From Piromyces finnis finn (taxonomy: Eukaryota > Fungi > Neocallimastigomycota), in the NCBI GenBank assembly GCA_002104945.1, contig MCFH01000028.1:310001-374000 (forward strand): DNA of 64,000 nt. Direction: 5' to 3'. The notes beneath the pieces were generated by a model. It had not been told where the DNA came from. It saw only the letters and a program-made list of their open reading frames with translations, and did not search any database. The stretch's first letter is position 1, and each line of letters starts with the position of its first letter. A program made the position numbers and the translations under genes. This document shows positions 1 through 11,935 of the stretch, piece by piece.

Positions 1-64
1 TACTTCTACTATAACTAATAACCTATCTTTAAATTTATATGATACTACTCTTTTAAAAAATAAA

Positions 65-2464
65 ATGGAAAATAGAATAAACGTACCTGTAATAACAAAG
101 GAAATTCAGCAACAACTTCAAAACCAATATAAAATGCAACCATCTCAAGCAGCTCCTATACCAAACCAATCCATATCAATACCCCAAACATTATCTTTAA
201 CCCAACCTGTACAACCTCAAATAATAAAAGTTATACAAGTAGCTCAACCATCTATACCAAATGCTCCTACTCAAAATGTATTTATAAATCCAATGGCTCA
301 ACCAGCCAATATAAATTCTTCTCATACCTTAAATATACCAGTGGTTGATACCTTAAAAAGAAGATCTTCAATACCAAATATACTAGAACAACAAGGTCCT
401 TCACAATCACAACCAAGGCGTCGTTTATCCATGCAATTAAATGAAATACCACTATCCAATCCAGATGCTATGGCTATTGATCCAAAGCCAGCACCTGTCA
501 CACAAACGACGTCCACTGCTCAACCAGCAGTTGTGGCTGCCCCACCTCAAGTTCGTTATATTTATGGCATTCCAAGAGCACCTTCATTACCTATTAATAA
601 TATTGTACCTACTACTATGTCACCAATTCAACCTATGAAAGCATTTCCCGCTCTACCACTTTCAAATTTTGTAGTTTATTTAGTCAATCGTATTTGGTAT
701 CATGGTAAACCAGAATGTCGTAATGCGGCTCATCCAGAGTATGCTGAATTAACAAAATTTGTTGAAGATGTATTAAAAATCACTGATTTATCCTTAAATA
801 CTGTCCTTTTAAGTCTTCGTTACATTTATATGCTGCGTCAAAAGTGTAATACAGATCAAAAAATATTGGAATGGTCCCTGCGCGATTTAATCGCTGTACA
901 TTTTATGCTGGCTAATAAATTTTTATCAGATGATCGTTATTCTAACAGTGTATGGGCTTCGGTTACCGGAAAGGATTTAGATGAAATGAATCGCTTAGAA
1001 AAGAAATCATTGGAAATTCTTCAATTTAATTTAAATGTGCATCATGATGATTTTAAAAATTGGGAAAAAAGTATTTCTACGTTAGGTAAGGAATTAAGAC
1101 AACGTATGACCACCCTTCAACAAGAAAGAAATTTAAAGAAACAACAAGCAGAACTTACTGCTCTACTGAATGAAACCATGTCTAATACCAATGTCATTAA
1201 AATGCCACTTTTCCATCAAACACCACCTACCCTTTCTACCACCTTAATGGTAAATAATGTACCCACCATTCCAATTAATCCAACCGCCGCTATAAACATT
1301 ATTAATGGTCATCCTACTGCTGCTGCTACCATCACTCCAAATTCAACCACAATCATTACCAGTAATACCCAAGTAGCTCCTACTCTTGCAACATCATCCC
1401 TTAATTTAAAATTTTCACCACAACCAACAAATATTGCCAATGTTGCCGTGGTGAATACCGTCAATCCAGCACAAGTTGCAACGGTAACGAATGTATCCAA
1501 TGTAACGCTTGCTCAAAATCCAATTTCATTGAATGCAGTTACTGTCAAGCAAGCCATACCCACTTCACCAAAAGTATCTGTAACACCAATGTTTATATCC
1601 TCCTTACCTACCACCTCTTTACCCGCTACCGGTATTACCATAGTCAATCCAACCAATACGGTGAATACAATGAACGCCAATTCTATCTATCCATCACCAC
1701 CATTATGTCGTATATCCAATGCTCAACCTACCAATACCGTGTTGGCAACTTCAAATTTTGTAGGACCTACTGCAGTGGCATTAGTTCCAAATCATGAAGT
1801 TTCAACAGTCAATGCTACACCAGGCGTCAATACCCTTACTAATGAAACTTCATCATCAACTCTTTTTACCACTCAAAATGTTCGTACCGCGGCTTTTATT
1901 CCAACCAATGTTAGTGCTTCAACTCCAGCCCAAAATACCACAATTAATGTAGCCACAAATCAATGTCGCTTCCTTAAACATTCTCTTTCCAGTAATAGTT
2001 TAAAATCCCTTCAACAACAAGCTCAGCAAGTCACTTACAGTTCTCCACTCTCACAACACCATGTTAATGGTGCCCGACTTAAAACATCAAATTCAGCACT
2101 TAATCTTTCTAGCTTTAAGAGCAATGTTTTTAAATACCAACCTCAATCTATCATTAATCATACAGCTACGGTAAATAACTTGAATGAATTAAATCTACCA
2201 ATAAATCGTATTCCAACACCATTAAATTTCTCATCCCCAAAAAAGATGAGGTATAGTACCTGTGTCACCTCTTCCATACCTTCCGTTTATATTAAAAAGG
2301 AAGCTAACATGGGTGGTGTCGTAGCATCATCTATTAATACATCACCATTAAATGGACTTTCTCAAGTACCTGTCACAACAACAACAACAACTATATTTAA
2401 ACCAGTCAATACATCTGAACCAACCATTAAATTAGTTCCAACAAATAAACCAATGTTCTATTAA
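65..2464 (+). CDS. Pho80/Pcl-family cyclin-domain protein (Clg1/Pas1-like), intronless, 799 aa, with long low-complexity N- and C-terminal tails
   Basis: The central ~130 aa has cyclin-box features typical of Pho80/Pcl cyclins: FVEDVLKIT...TVLLSLRYIYML...LANKFLSDDRYSNSVWASVTG...MNRLEKKSLEILQFNLNV. The flanks are Q/P/T/N-rich. Confidence 0.8.
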   Translation: MENRINVPVITKEIQQQLQNQYKMQPSQAAPIPNQSISIPQTLSLTQPVQPQIIKVIQVAQPSIPNAPTQNVFINPMAQPANINSSHTLNIPVVDTLKRRSSIPNILEQQGPSQSQPRRRLSMQLNEIPLSNPDAMAIDPKPAPVTQTTSTAQPAVVAAPPQVRYIYGIPRAPSLPINNIVPTTMSPIQPMKAFPALPLSNFVVYLVNRIWYHGKPECRNAAHPEYAELTKFVEDVLKITDLSLNTVLLSLRYIYMLRQKCNTDQKILEWSLRDLIAVHFMLANKFLSDDRYSNSVWASVTGKDLDEMNRLEKKSLEILQFNLNVHHDDFKNWEKSISTLGKELRQRMTTLQQERNLKKQQAELTALLNETMSNTNVIKMPLFHQTPPTLSTTLMVNNVPTIPINPTAAINIINGHPTAAATITPNSTTIITSNTQVAPTLATSSLNLKFSPQPTNIANVAVVNTVNPAQVATVTNVSNVTLAQNPISLNAVTVKQAIPTSPKVSVTPMFISSLPTTSLPATGITIVNPTNTVNTMNANSIYPSPPLCRISNAQPTNTVLATSNFVGPTAVALVPNHEVSTVNATPGVNTLTNETSSSTLFTTQNVRTAAFIPTNVSASTPAQNTTINVATNQCRFLKHSLSSNSLKSLQQQAQQVTYSSPLSQHHVNGARLKTSNSALNLSSFKSNVFKYQPQSIINHTATVNNLNELNLPINRIPTPLNFSSPKKMRYSTCVTSSIPSVYIKKEANMGGVVASSINTSPLNGLSQVPVTTTTTTIFKPVNTSEPTIKLVPTNKPMFY

Positions 2465-3329
2465 AATTAAAATAACAACTCCATTCATTATTAATATATT
2501 TAATTTATTTTGAAAAAAGTATTTAATTTTTTTTATTTTTTAAAATTCATGTTAAATAATCCAATTGTATCATTGTTTTTTTTTTTTTTTTTTTATTTAT
2601 ATTATTTTTCAAACAGTTAATTTCATTAAAAAATATAATCTTTTGTATCTATTTTTTTTTTATAAAAAAATTTATTTTATCATAAAAAAAAAAAAAAAAA
2701 AACATGTATTGTTTATTTTTTTCCCCCTTCTTTCTATTTTTTCATCATATCTTTGTATCTATAGATAAAAGATATAAGTCTATTAATTTTTTCTATATTT
2801 TATTTTTGCCTTTTTTTTTTTTTTTTGAATAATGATAGTATATTATGTACATTAGAGACCTATTTAAATTTTATTTAAATTTAATATTTAAAATCTATCT
2901 TTTTTTTTTTTTTATTAGATGATGATGATAAAAAAAAAAAAAATGCAAAAGTACAAAATAATAAAAAAAGAAAAATAAAATATAAGAAACGATTGAAATA
3001 CAAGAAAAGAAAAAAAAAAAAAAAAAAATATTTTTTATGTGTATCATTAAACTTTAAAAAAGCGGGATTTTATTTAAAAAAAAAATAAAAGTATATATAT
3101 ATATTTTCTTTTATTAAATTGTTATATATCCTTATTGTGTGTATATTATATTCGATGAAAAAGTTTTTTTTTTTTTTTTAAATTCTAAAAGGAGAAAAAA
3201 AAAAAAAAAGTGTAAAAATATATTATTATAAATTATAAATATTATTCATTTTTTTTTTTTTTTAAAAAATATAAAGTCTGTGCTGTTTGTGTTTGTATAG
3301 GGGTTAGGCAGTAAGTAGTAGGAGCCCGT

Positions 3330-3360
<31 letters not shown>

Positions 3361-3372
3361 TTTTATTCAATT

Positions 3373-3609
3373 CTATCTTTGGTTAAAATGGATTTTAATT
3401 TACTACGACGTTCTTGTTCTTCCGCACTTGTAAATTCACGTTTGGTTAATTCAATTCTATTTGGTTTATCAAATTCAACTTGAGTAGCATACTTGGACTA
3501 GGATAATATTTATTAATATATAAAGGAATAGATCGTTAGGGATTTATACCTAGGGATTTCTATTTCTATTTATTATATTTTATAGAATAAAAAAGAAAAA
3601 TAAAAAATA

Positions 3610-3648
<39 letters not shown>

Positions 3649-4639
3649 GCTCTCTTCTTTCTTAAAGATAATTTAGATTTAATAACATTATAAAAGGCTC
3701 CTCCTTGTTCTGGATTAAAGGTAAAGAAGATTTTCTTATTCTTCTTTGAATCCGTATTGGTATCATATTCGAAATCTCTAACAAAGTTGAATTCTTGTTC
3801 CTATTAACATTTTATTTCAATACAGATTCACGTATAAAATAGTATAACATAGATAATATATAGTATTTTTGTATTTCAAAAATAAATAGAGATAGATATA
3901 TTTTATTTATTAAAAATGAAAAAAAAAAAAAAAGAGGTTAAAAAAAGTCTTTTTTTTTTCTTCTTCTTTTATTATTACTCTTATATAAATAACTACTACT
4001 ACTACTACGCTTATATATATATATATATATTTTTTATATAATTAAAAAATTACCTCATCATCTATTTCTTCATCATCTGAATCTTCACGACTACGTTTAA
4101 TTTTTTTAGCTGTTTCAACAGAAGGTTTAAAGTAGGATAAAAAGGTTTCTGATGGATCTAATGGGTTTTGCATTGGTTTTAAAATAGCATTAGAAAGTTG
4201 AGTACTCGTTATTTCATCCTATCAAATGTAAAATTATTATTACCAAAAAAAAAAAAATTTTTTTTAATCAACATTAAATGTAATAATAATATTATTACTA
4301 ATAATAATATAATTTTAAGATAAAGATAGGAATCAATTTTTTTTTTTTTTTTTTTTTCTTTTTTACTAACCACTTTTTCCAAAGCATCCTTTCCATCGTT
4401 ATTATTTATTGGAGATGAATTATATTGAACATGAGAATAAGTGTTTGGCCAACGAACAAAATCTGGGAAAATAGGGAAAATTTCCACTGCTTTTAAATGT
4501 GACTTTGTTGGATGTTTAATATTGAAAAGATCAGTTTCATTAATAATTTTAAAGGTACGAGTAATGGATTTAATTTGACCATTAACAGATAAATCAACAT
4601 CTTTAATAGCTTCATCCTTGGCAACAGAAAGACCCATTC

Positions 4640-4670
<31 letters not shown>

Positions 4671-6058
4671 TATTAAAAAAGAAAGAATATTCATTAATAA
4701 AATAAAAAAAAAAAAAAACAACAATAAAATTCGTATATCATAGAAATTAACTTTTAATTTTTTTTTTTTTTTTATTTATTATCCATTTATATTATTTCTT
4801 ATAAAAAAATATTGATGTTGAAAAAAAAAAAAAAAAAAAAGAATACTAACTTGACTTCTGTAAATTCATTATTCTTCAAGAACTTATTACTAACTTCATT
4901 TGAAATATATTCTGTTCTTCTAAGCCATGATACTTGTGGTCTTACTGAACGCTTCTTTCTCTTTTCAAATTCATCGTTGCTTATTAACAATATTTTATCA
5001 TCTTCATGAACTGGTGGGGGTTCAGTTGGGTTGACTTTTTTAATAATAATTGAAAAATAAAATGATTATTTAATATAATTATTTTATTAAAAAAAAAAAA
5101 AAAGATAAAAAAAGGATATACATATTATTATAATTTATTATTAAATTGCTATTTATATAAATTAATGGTATAAAAAAGGAAAGAAAATTACTGAATCTAT
5201 TTTCTGGTCCTTCATCGAATACTTTCATATCTATAAGATTTAAAGGAATACCAAGTTCATTATCTGGAGGAAACATTTTATATGGTGCATTTTCGATAAG
5301 TTGTGAATTTTTAAAGGAATAAAGTCTATCTCTTGGAAATGGAAATTCTACCAATTTTGGATTGAAAGGAATTTCTGGAAGGTTATTTTGGAATTTTTGT
5401 CGGCAAAGGAAACCACTTCCAGGTTTTCTATTGAATATAAAATTAATATTGTTACATAAAATAATATTGTTGTTTATTAAATTTTATTGTTGATGATTTA
5501 TTGTAATCAAAGTTAAAAAATAGTATAGATAGGTGTTAATAATTTTTATTAATTAGCAATATAGAATAAAATAAATAAATAAATAAATAGTAATAATAAT
5601 AAAAATAAAAATTAAACTATAACATTATCAATATTATTAATGTTACGAATATAAATAATGAACAAAAAAAAAAAAAAAAAACATTAATCCATCAAATTGA
5701 TTTGATGGATAATAAATTGATTTTTAATTTTTAGATTTTTATGGATTTTTATAGTTTATTTTGATTGAAGTGTATTATTGTTTATGGGGAAACAAATTTA
5801 AACATTTTATTATTTTTTTGATAAATGATAAATGATAAATGATAAATTTATTCATTATTTATTTTTATCCTTTTTTTATTTTTTTTTTTTTATTGAATTA
5901 ATGTATTGAAAAACCGAAATCATTTATTATTCATATATAGGCATACTCATATACATTTTTTTTGTTATTTATTAACAAAATTAAAATTTCTTTATTTAAT
6001 ATAGATGAACATAATTAAATTATAAATTTAAAGAATATACCGATTAATATTTTAATCC

Positions 6059-6090
<32 letters not shown>

Positions 6091-6828
6091 AAAGAAAATT
6101 AAAATTTTCATTTTTTTTTTTTTTTTTTGGAAAATATTGCAAAAAGAATTTAATAAAATCCTTTTTATATGTGTTATTTTTTGAAGATAATGCTATATAT
6201 ACTATTATTCCTTTTTTTTTTTTTTTTTTTTGTAAATATATATATTTATTTAATTTTTTGAGATTTCTTGAAATTGTTTGATTTAGAAATCTTTTTTTAT
6301 ATATTTTTTCTTTTAATAAAGCCATAGCTCATCAATAAATATCTAATGAAATAATAATAAAAATAAATAATATTTATAATACTGAATAGCTTATTCCAAT
6401 ATTTCTATTTCTATTTTTATTTTTTTTTTCTTAATTATTAAAAAAAAAAACATTTTAATTTTTAATTATCGATGCCTTTAATGTCCATATATATTTATCA
6501 TTTTATAAAGTTTATGTTTCATATATATTTTCATCATTTCACAATAAAGTCATGGTTCAAATATACATTTTTTTTTATCATTTTATAATTATTATTATCC
6601 TCTAATAATCTTTATTTACACGTATCTTTTTTTATTATTATTATTATTATTATTTTTTTTTTTTTTTGAAAATTTTCATTATTTTAATAAATTTATTATA
6701 TACCTATGATGATGTAATGAATGATGATGTGACTGTGATGCATGTTGACTTTGACTATGGTGTTGACTATGATGTTGATGTTGACTATGATGATGTTGAT
6801 GTGGATGTCTTGATGACGACGACGACAT
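3373..6828 (-). CDS. PAF1: RNA polymerase II-associated factor Paf1, 7 exons
   Basis: Exons at about 6828-6704, 5427-5192, 5034-4851, 4638-4371, 4218-4054, 3801-3646 and a last exon ending at TAG 3375-3373. Paf1 motifs are present: FLCRQKFQNNLPEIPFNPKL, LGIPLNLID, VSWLRRTEYIS, KHPTKSHLKAVEIFPIFPD. Exon 1 (125 nt, ending AG|gt) joins exon 2 in frame (AG+A = Arg). Confidence 0.9.
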
Positions 6829-8332
6829 TTTTTTTTTTTTTGTAAATATATATAAGATATTTTACAAAGATAAAAAAAAAAAAAAATTTTTTTTTTGTTT
6901 GGAATAATAAAAATAAAAATATTTATTTAATATTGATTTACATAAAATTTTTAAATTTAATATACAAAAATAAATTTTTTTTAAAAGAAGAAATTTCATA
7001 TTTATTAGGAGATACAGTCAAAAATCTCCGTACTATGCTCAAAGAAGAATGATATATAACTTTTCAATATGTTAGATATATAAGCATTTATATTATTATT
7101 ATAATATATTTCTTTACTATTTATTATCATTAATACTATTTTAATATTTTATTCTTTTATTATTTAAATGAAAAAAGATATAATACTATAATATACTATT
7201 TAAAATATTTTTATTTAAATAAAAGTGTCAATTTTAATGTTAGAATTTTTTTTTTTTTTTTAATTGAAATCATATTATAAAACTTCTAACTATAGTTTTA
7301 TAAAAGAGTTTACTAATCAATCTTTTTTTTTTAATTATCTGTTACTTTCTTATATTTATATTTTTGTCTATATTACTTTTTTTTTTTTTATAATTATTTT
7401 AATGATTAAAATATTAAATATCATTTTTGTATTTTGTGGATCATTAAACTTTTTTATAATTTTTTTTTTTTTTTTTTTTTTTTGGCTAGTAAGAGAATAC
7501 ACTTTTTGTATTTATTTATTTAAATTGTAATTTTACATTATATTAGGGGATAATACATATTGATATAGTAAATATTAAATAAAAATAATAAAATAGATAT
7601 AAATAAAAATATAAAGATAAAATAAAATAAGTTGCATAAAAGTTCAACTGCAATTCAAGCCGCGAAACCCTCTACCTATGGAACACAAGACCTGGATGAA
7701 TTGTAAAGCTGTTCATTCAAATACCTTTGTTCCATTTTATTGATTTGTAGCTCATCATAAACCAATTCTTTTTTATAAATTTTTATCTATAATTACCTAT
7801 AATAGGTATTAATAGAAAATCAACATTACTATTCAAATGAATAAAATTCATTATAAAAAATCCAAAAAGACTTTTTTTTAATAATAATCTATTTAAAATA
7901 ATTATATTAAAAAAGGATATATATATATATAAAATTGTACACCTTTTCTTTGTAATAACATTACAAAAAATAAAAATATTTTATTATTAACGAAAAATTG
8001 AACTTCTTTTTTTCATATATAATAATATTTGTAATTTTTTTATATTTATTTGTTTATTATTTGTTATATTTATTATTAAAATAAAAATTATATATTTATA
8101 ATTATATTATTTATATATATATATATATTTTTTTTTCAATTTAATATGCATTATTATATTGTAAAATAACATGTTTTTTTCATATATTATAAAGAATATA
8201 TGTTTTTTCATATATTCTTTATAATATAAACGAATAAAGTTTTTTATTTTTTTTTCTTTTTTTACTATTGTTAAGATTATGAAAATATAAAGGGAAATAA
8301 AAAATTCATTGTTATTATTTTTTTTTTATTAT

Positions 8333-11190
8333 CTACATCATTTCATGGAAGGTACGAGCAATAACTTCTTTTTGCTGTTGTGGAGTTAATTTTACAAAAT
8401 TGACAGCATAACCGGAAACACGAATAGTAAGGTTTGGATAATTTTCTGGATGAACCATAGCATCTTCTAGGGTTTCACGTTTAAGAACATTAACGTTAAG
8501 ATGATGAGCCCCCTTTGAGAAATAACCATCTAAAAGACCTGAAAGATTACCTTGACGTTCAGCAATAGTCTTACCAATAGTATTTGGAACAATTGAAAAA
8601 GTATTAGAAATACCATCCATACAAGAATCATATCTAACTTTAGCAACAGAAGAAAGGGAAGCAACAGCACCGGAGAATTCACGACCATGCATTGGATTAC
8701 ATCCTGGAGCGAATGGTTGACCGGCTTTACGACCATCTGGAGTAGAACCAGTTTTCTTACCATAAACAACATTAGAGGTAATGGTAAGAATAGAAAGGGT
8801 ATGAATAGCATTACGGTAGGTAGGGGTTTTTCTAAGCTTATTGATGAGTTTATCAGAAATAGTTCTGGCAAAGTAATCAACACGATCATCATCATTTCCA
8901 AATTTTGGGAAATCACCTTCAATCTTGAAATCAATGGTTAAGCCGGTTTCTTGATCACGAATTGGTGTTACCTCGGCATATTTAATAGCAGAAAAAGAAT
9001 CGGCAACAACGGAAAGACCAGCAACACCAAAGGCCATTAAACGACGAACATTAGTGTCGTGAAGGGCCATTTGAAGGGATTCATAACAATATTGATCATG
9101 ACAAAAATGAATAACATTCATGGTGTTAACATAAAGCTTAGCAATCCAATCCATAGCTTTATCATAAGTTTCCCACATCCAATCAAATTGAATTGGACCA
9201 TCCGGTACTGGGCCAAAGTCTGGTCCAACTTGTTTACCGGTTCTTTCATCTCTGCCATGATTAAGAACATAGAGCATAAGCTTAGCAAGATTACAACGTG
9301 CACCAAAGAATTGCATATCTTTACCAATTCTCATTGCAGAAACACAACAAGCAATACCATAGTCATCACCAAATCTAGCGGCCATAAGGGCATCTGATTC
9401 ATATTGAATGGAAGAAGTATCAATGGAAACTTTAGTGGCGAAATTCTTAAAGTTTCTTGGAAGATCTCTGTTCCAAAGGACAGTGATATTTGGTTCTGGA
9501 GCAGGTCCTAAATTATAAAGGGTATTAAGGATACGATAGGAGGTCTTAGTAACTAATGGACGACCATCACCTCCCATACCACCGATAGACATAGTAACCC
9601 AGGTTGGATCACCAGCAAATAAGTCATTATATTCAGGTGTACGTAAGTGACGAGCAAAACGTAACTTTAAAATAAGATTATCAATGATTTCTTGGGCTTC
9701 ACTTTCAGTGATAACACCACTCTTAAGGTCGTTGTCAAAGAAGCAATCAAGGAAGGCATCCACACGACCAAGGGACATAGCAGCACCATCTTGCTCCTTG
9801 ATAGAACCTAAATAACCAAAATAAACAAATTGAGTGGCTTCTTTAGCATTCTTTGCTGGTTTAGTAATATCAATACCGTAAGATTTAGCCATTTGAGTAA
9901 GTTGTTTGAGAGCCCTAATTTGATCAGCAACTTCTCCAATCAATTTCATAGTTGGTTCATCCATTTGTTTTTTTTGAAGTTGAACTCTATCTTTTTCCTT
10001 TTGAGCAATAAGGCGATCAGTACCGTAAAGAGCAACACGACGATAATCACCAATAATACGACCACGACCATAACCATCTGGTAAACCAGTCATAATGGCA
10101 TTAGAACGACCAGCTCTCATATCCTTGGAATAGATATCAAAAACAGCTTCGTTGTGAGTTTTACGGTAATGAGAAAAGATATGGTCGACTTCTTTATCCA
10201 TAGGTACATTAACAGCCTTTAGAGCATTTTTAACCATACCAAGACCACCGAATGGTTTAATTGCTCTTTTTAATGGTTCATCTGTTTGATAACCTACAAT
10301 AACTTCATTTTCTTTATCAAGATAACCTGGTTGGTGCGAAGTAATGGTGGATGGAGTATGTGGGTCTACAGCGTATAAACCGTTATTAGCACGTTCTTTA
10401 GCTAAGTATTCTTCAGCCTTTGCAAAAAGTTTCTTTGTTCTTTCGGTTGGACCAGCAAGGAAAGAACCATCACCTTCATATGGAACGTAATGCTTCTTAA
10501 TCCAATTATCTATATCAATTTCAGACTTTTGAGCAGCATCGTCGGTAATGCATGGTGCTTGAGTAGCATAATTCTTAACTTGATTAAATGAAAAAGAGTA
10601 ATTTTTAACCTTTTCACCCTTTTTTCAAATACATAAAAAAATTTTTTTTTATATTATATATAAAAATGAAAATTATCATTAATTATTATTACTTTTATTA
10701 AAACAAACAAACAAACAAACAAATGATAAAATTATACTATTCCAATATTCCAATATAATATAAAATTGAAATTTATATTAAAATAATAGTGTAAAAAAAG
10801 TGTGATTTTTATTTATTTCGTATTATAGTATTTTATTAGATTATAATTTTACTAACAAAAATTATAATTCATGATAATTTAAATATCTATCATAATATTA
10901 ATTATAATGGTTTAAAAAACATTAATTTTGCTTTTAACTCTTTGAACATTAATTAATAAAATATGTCTTTATTATTTTGTTCATATCGACTAGAAAACTA
11001 TATAATATTAGAAAACTATATATAATATTATATTAATAATTTTATTATAATTTTTATTTACCATGGATGAAGTATGAAGAATACGTCTTGGCTTGCTTAT
11101 TCTAATACCAGCAACCTTGGTGGCAGAAACGGCTTTTATTAAAATGGTATTACCAAGATTGTTAGTTTGAATTAAAGTTAAACCTTCCAT
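8333..11190 (-). CDS. PFL: Pyruvate formate-lyase (formate C-acetyltransferase), 804 aa, with N-terminal organellar (hydrogenosomal-type) presequence
   Basis: join(11190-11062, 10618-8333), with a phase-0 intron ATG|gtaaat...aaaaag|GGT; the exons are 129 and 2286 nt, both multiples of 3. It carries the active-site Cys pair (GIACCVS) and the glycyl-radical motif (TIRVSGY). The supplied 634-aa ORF is only the C-terminal part. Confidence 0.97.
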
Positions 11191-11935
11191 TATTGTTTTT
11201 TTTTTTTTTTTTTAAATAGATTATTGTACACTTTATATAAATGTTTTTTTTTTATTATTATTATTGGAAATAGTAGATTTCCTATTTAAAATCTTAACAT
11301 AGGAATATAAATAATCTTGTATATTTACAATTGGAATATGAATTATTAAAAAAAAAAAAAAAAAAAAATAAATGACATATATCTTATATATATATAGCCA
11401 AAAAAATAAACTTTAATTATTAATTAAAGTTTTTCTTTTTTTTAACAGGAAATATAAATATTTAAAAAATTAAAGTTAATTTATGGTCTATTCATAAATT
11501 TTTTTTAGTATAGCGTATTATTTATACAAAGTTTATGACAATATCACCACTATAGATATCTTTTCTTACAATTAATTAAATGAAAATCCTTTTTTATTTT
11601 TTTTTTTAAAAAAAAAACATATTTAAGTTTATATATGTAAATTAAAAATAAAGTATCTTTATATAAAAAATAGTTTAACAATAAATAATCATAATAATTA
11701 GAATTTCGAAAAAGACTTTCTTTTTTTCTATATATTAAAAATTATTCTATAAATTAAACATATAATGTATATAATGTGCTTTATAAATATTAATATTATT
11801 ATAACTTTTTTGTGGAAAGTAAATCCTTTTTTTTTTTTTTTAATAAAAAATAAATATAAAATAAAATAAAAAAAAAAAACACTAAAATAATTTTATTCAT
11901 TTTGAAAATATATATAAATTCATTACATATTAATT

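Noticed and set aside
3290-3560. Telomere-like gggttagg and two tagggattt copies
   Set aside because: These are isolated motifs, not a tandem telomeric array.
7005-7055. Short coding-like stretch (LGDTVKNLRTMLKEE*) with a 6-bp ggagat/atctcc hairpin upstream of PAF1
   Set aside because: Too short, with no start or splice partner found, and a 6-bp stem is expected by chance.
2565-7530. F/I/K-rich ORFs such as 2565-2768, 6089-6325 and 7264-7530 (and similar ones at 24216, 59230)
   Set aside because: They are translations of poly-A/T intergenic or intronic sequence, often from non-ATG starts.
8530-10084. Several short ORFs overlapping PFL (8530-8934, 8687-8941, 9059-9397, 9118-9327, 9830-10084)
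   Set aside because: They are alternative-frame or antisense shadows of a GC-richer, highly conserved gene and show no recognisable domain.
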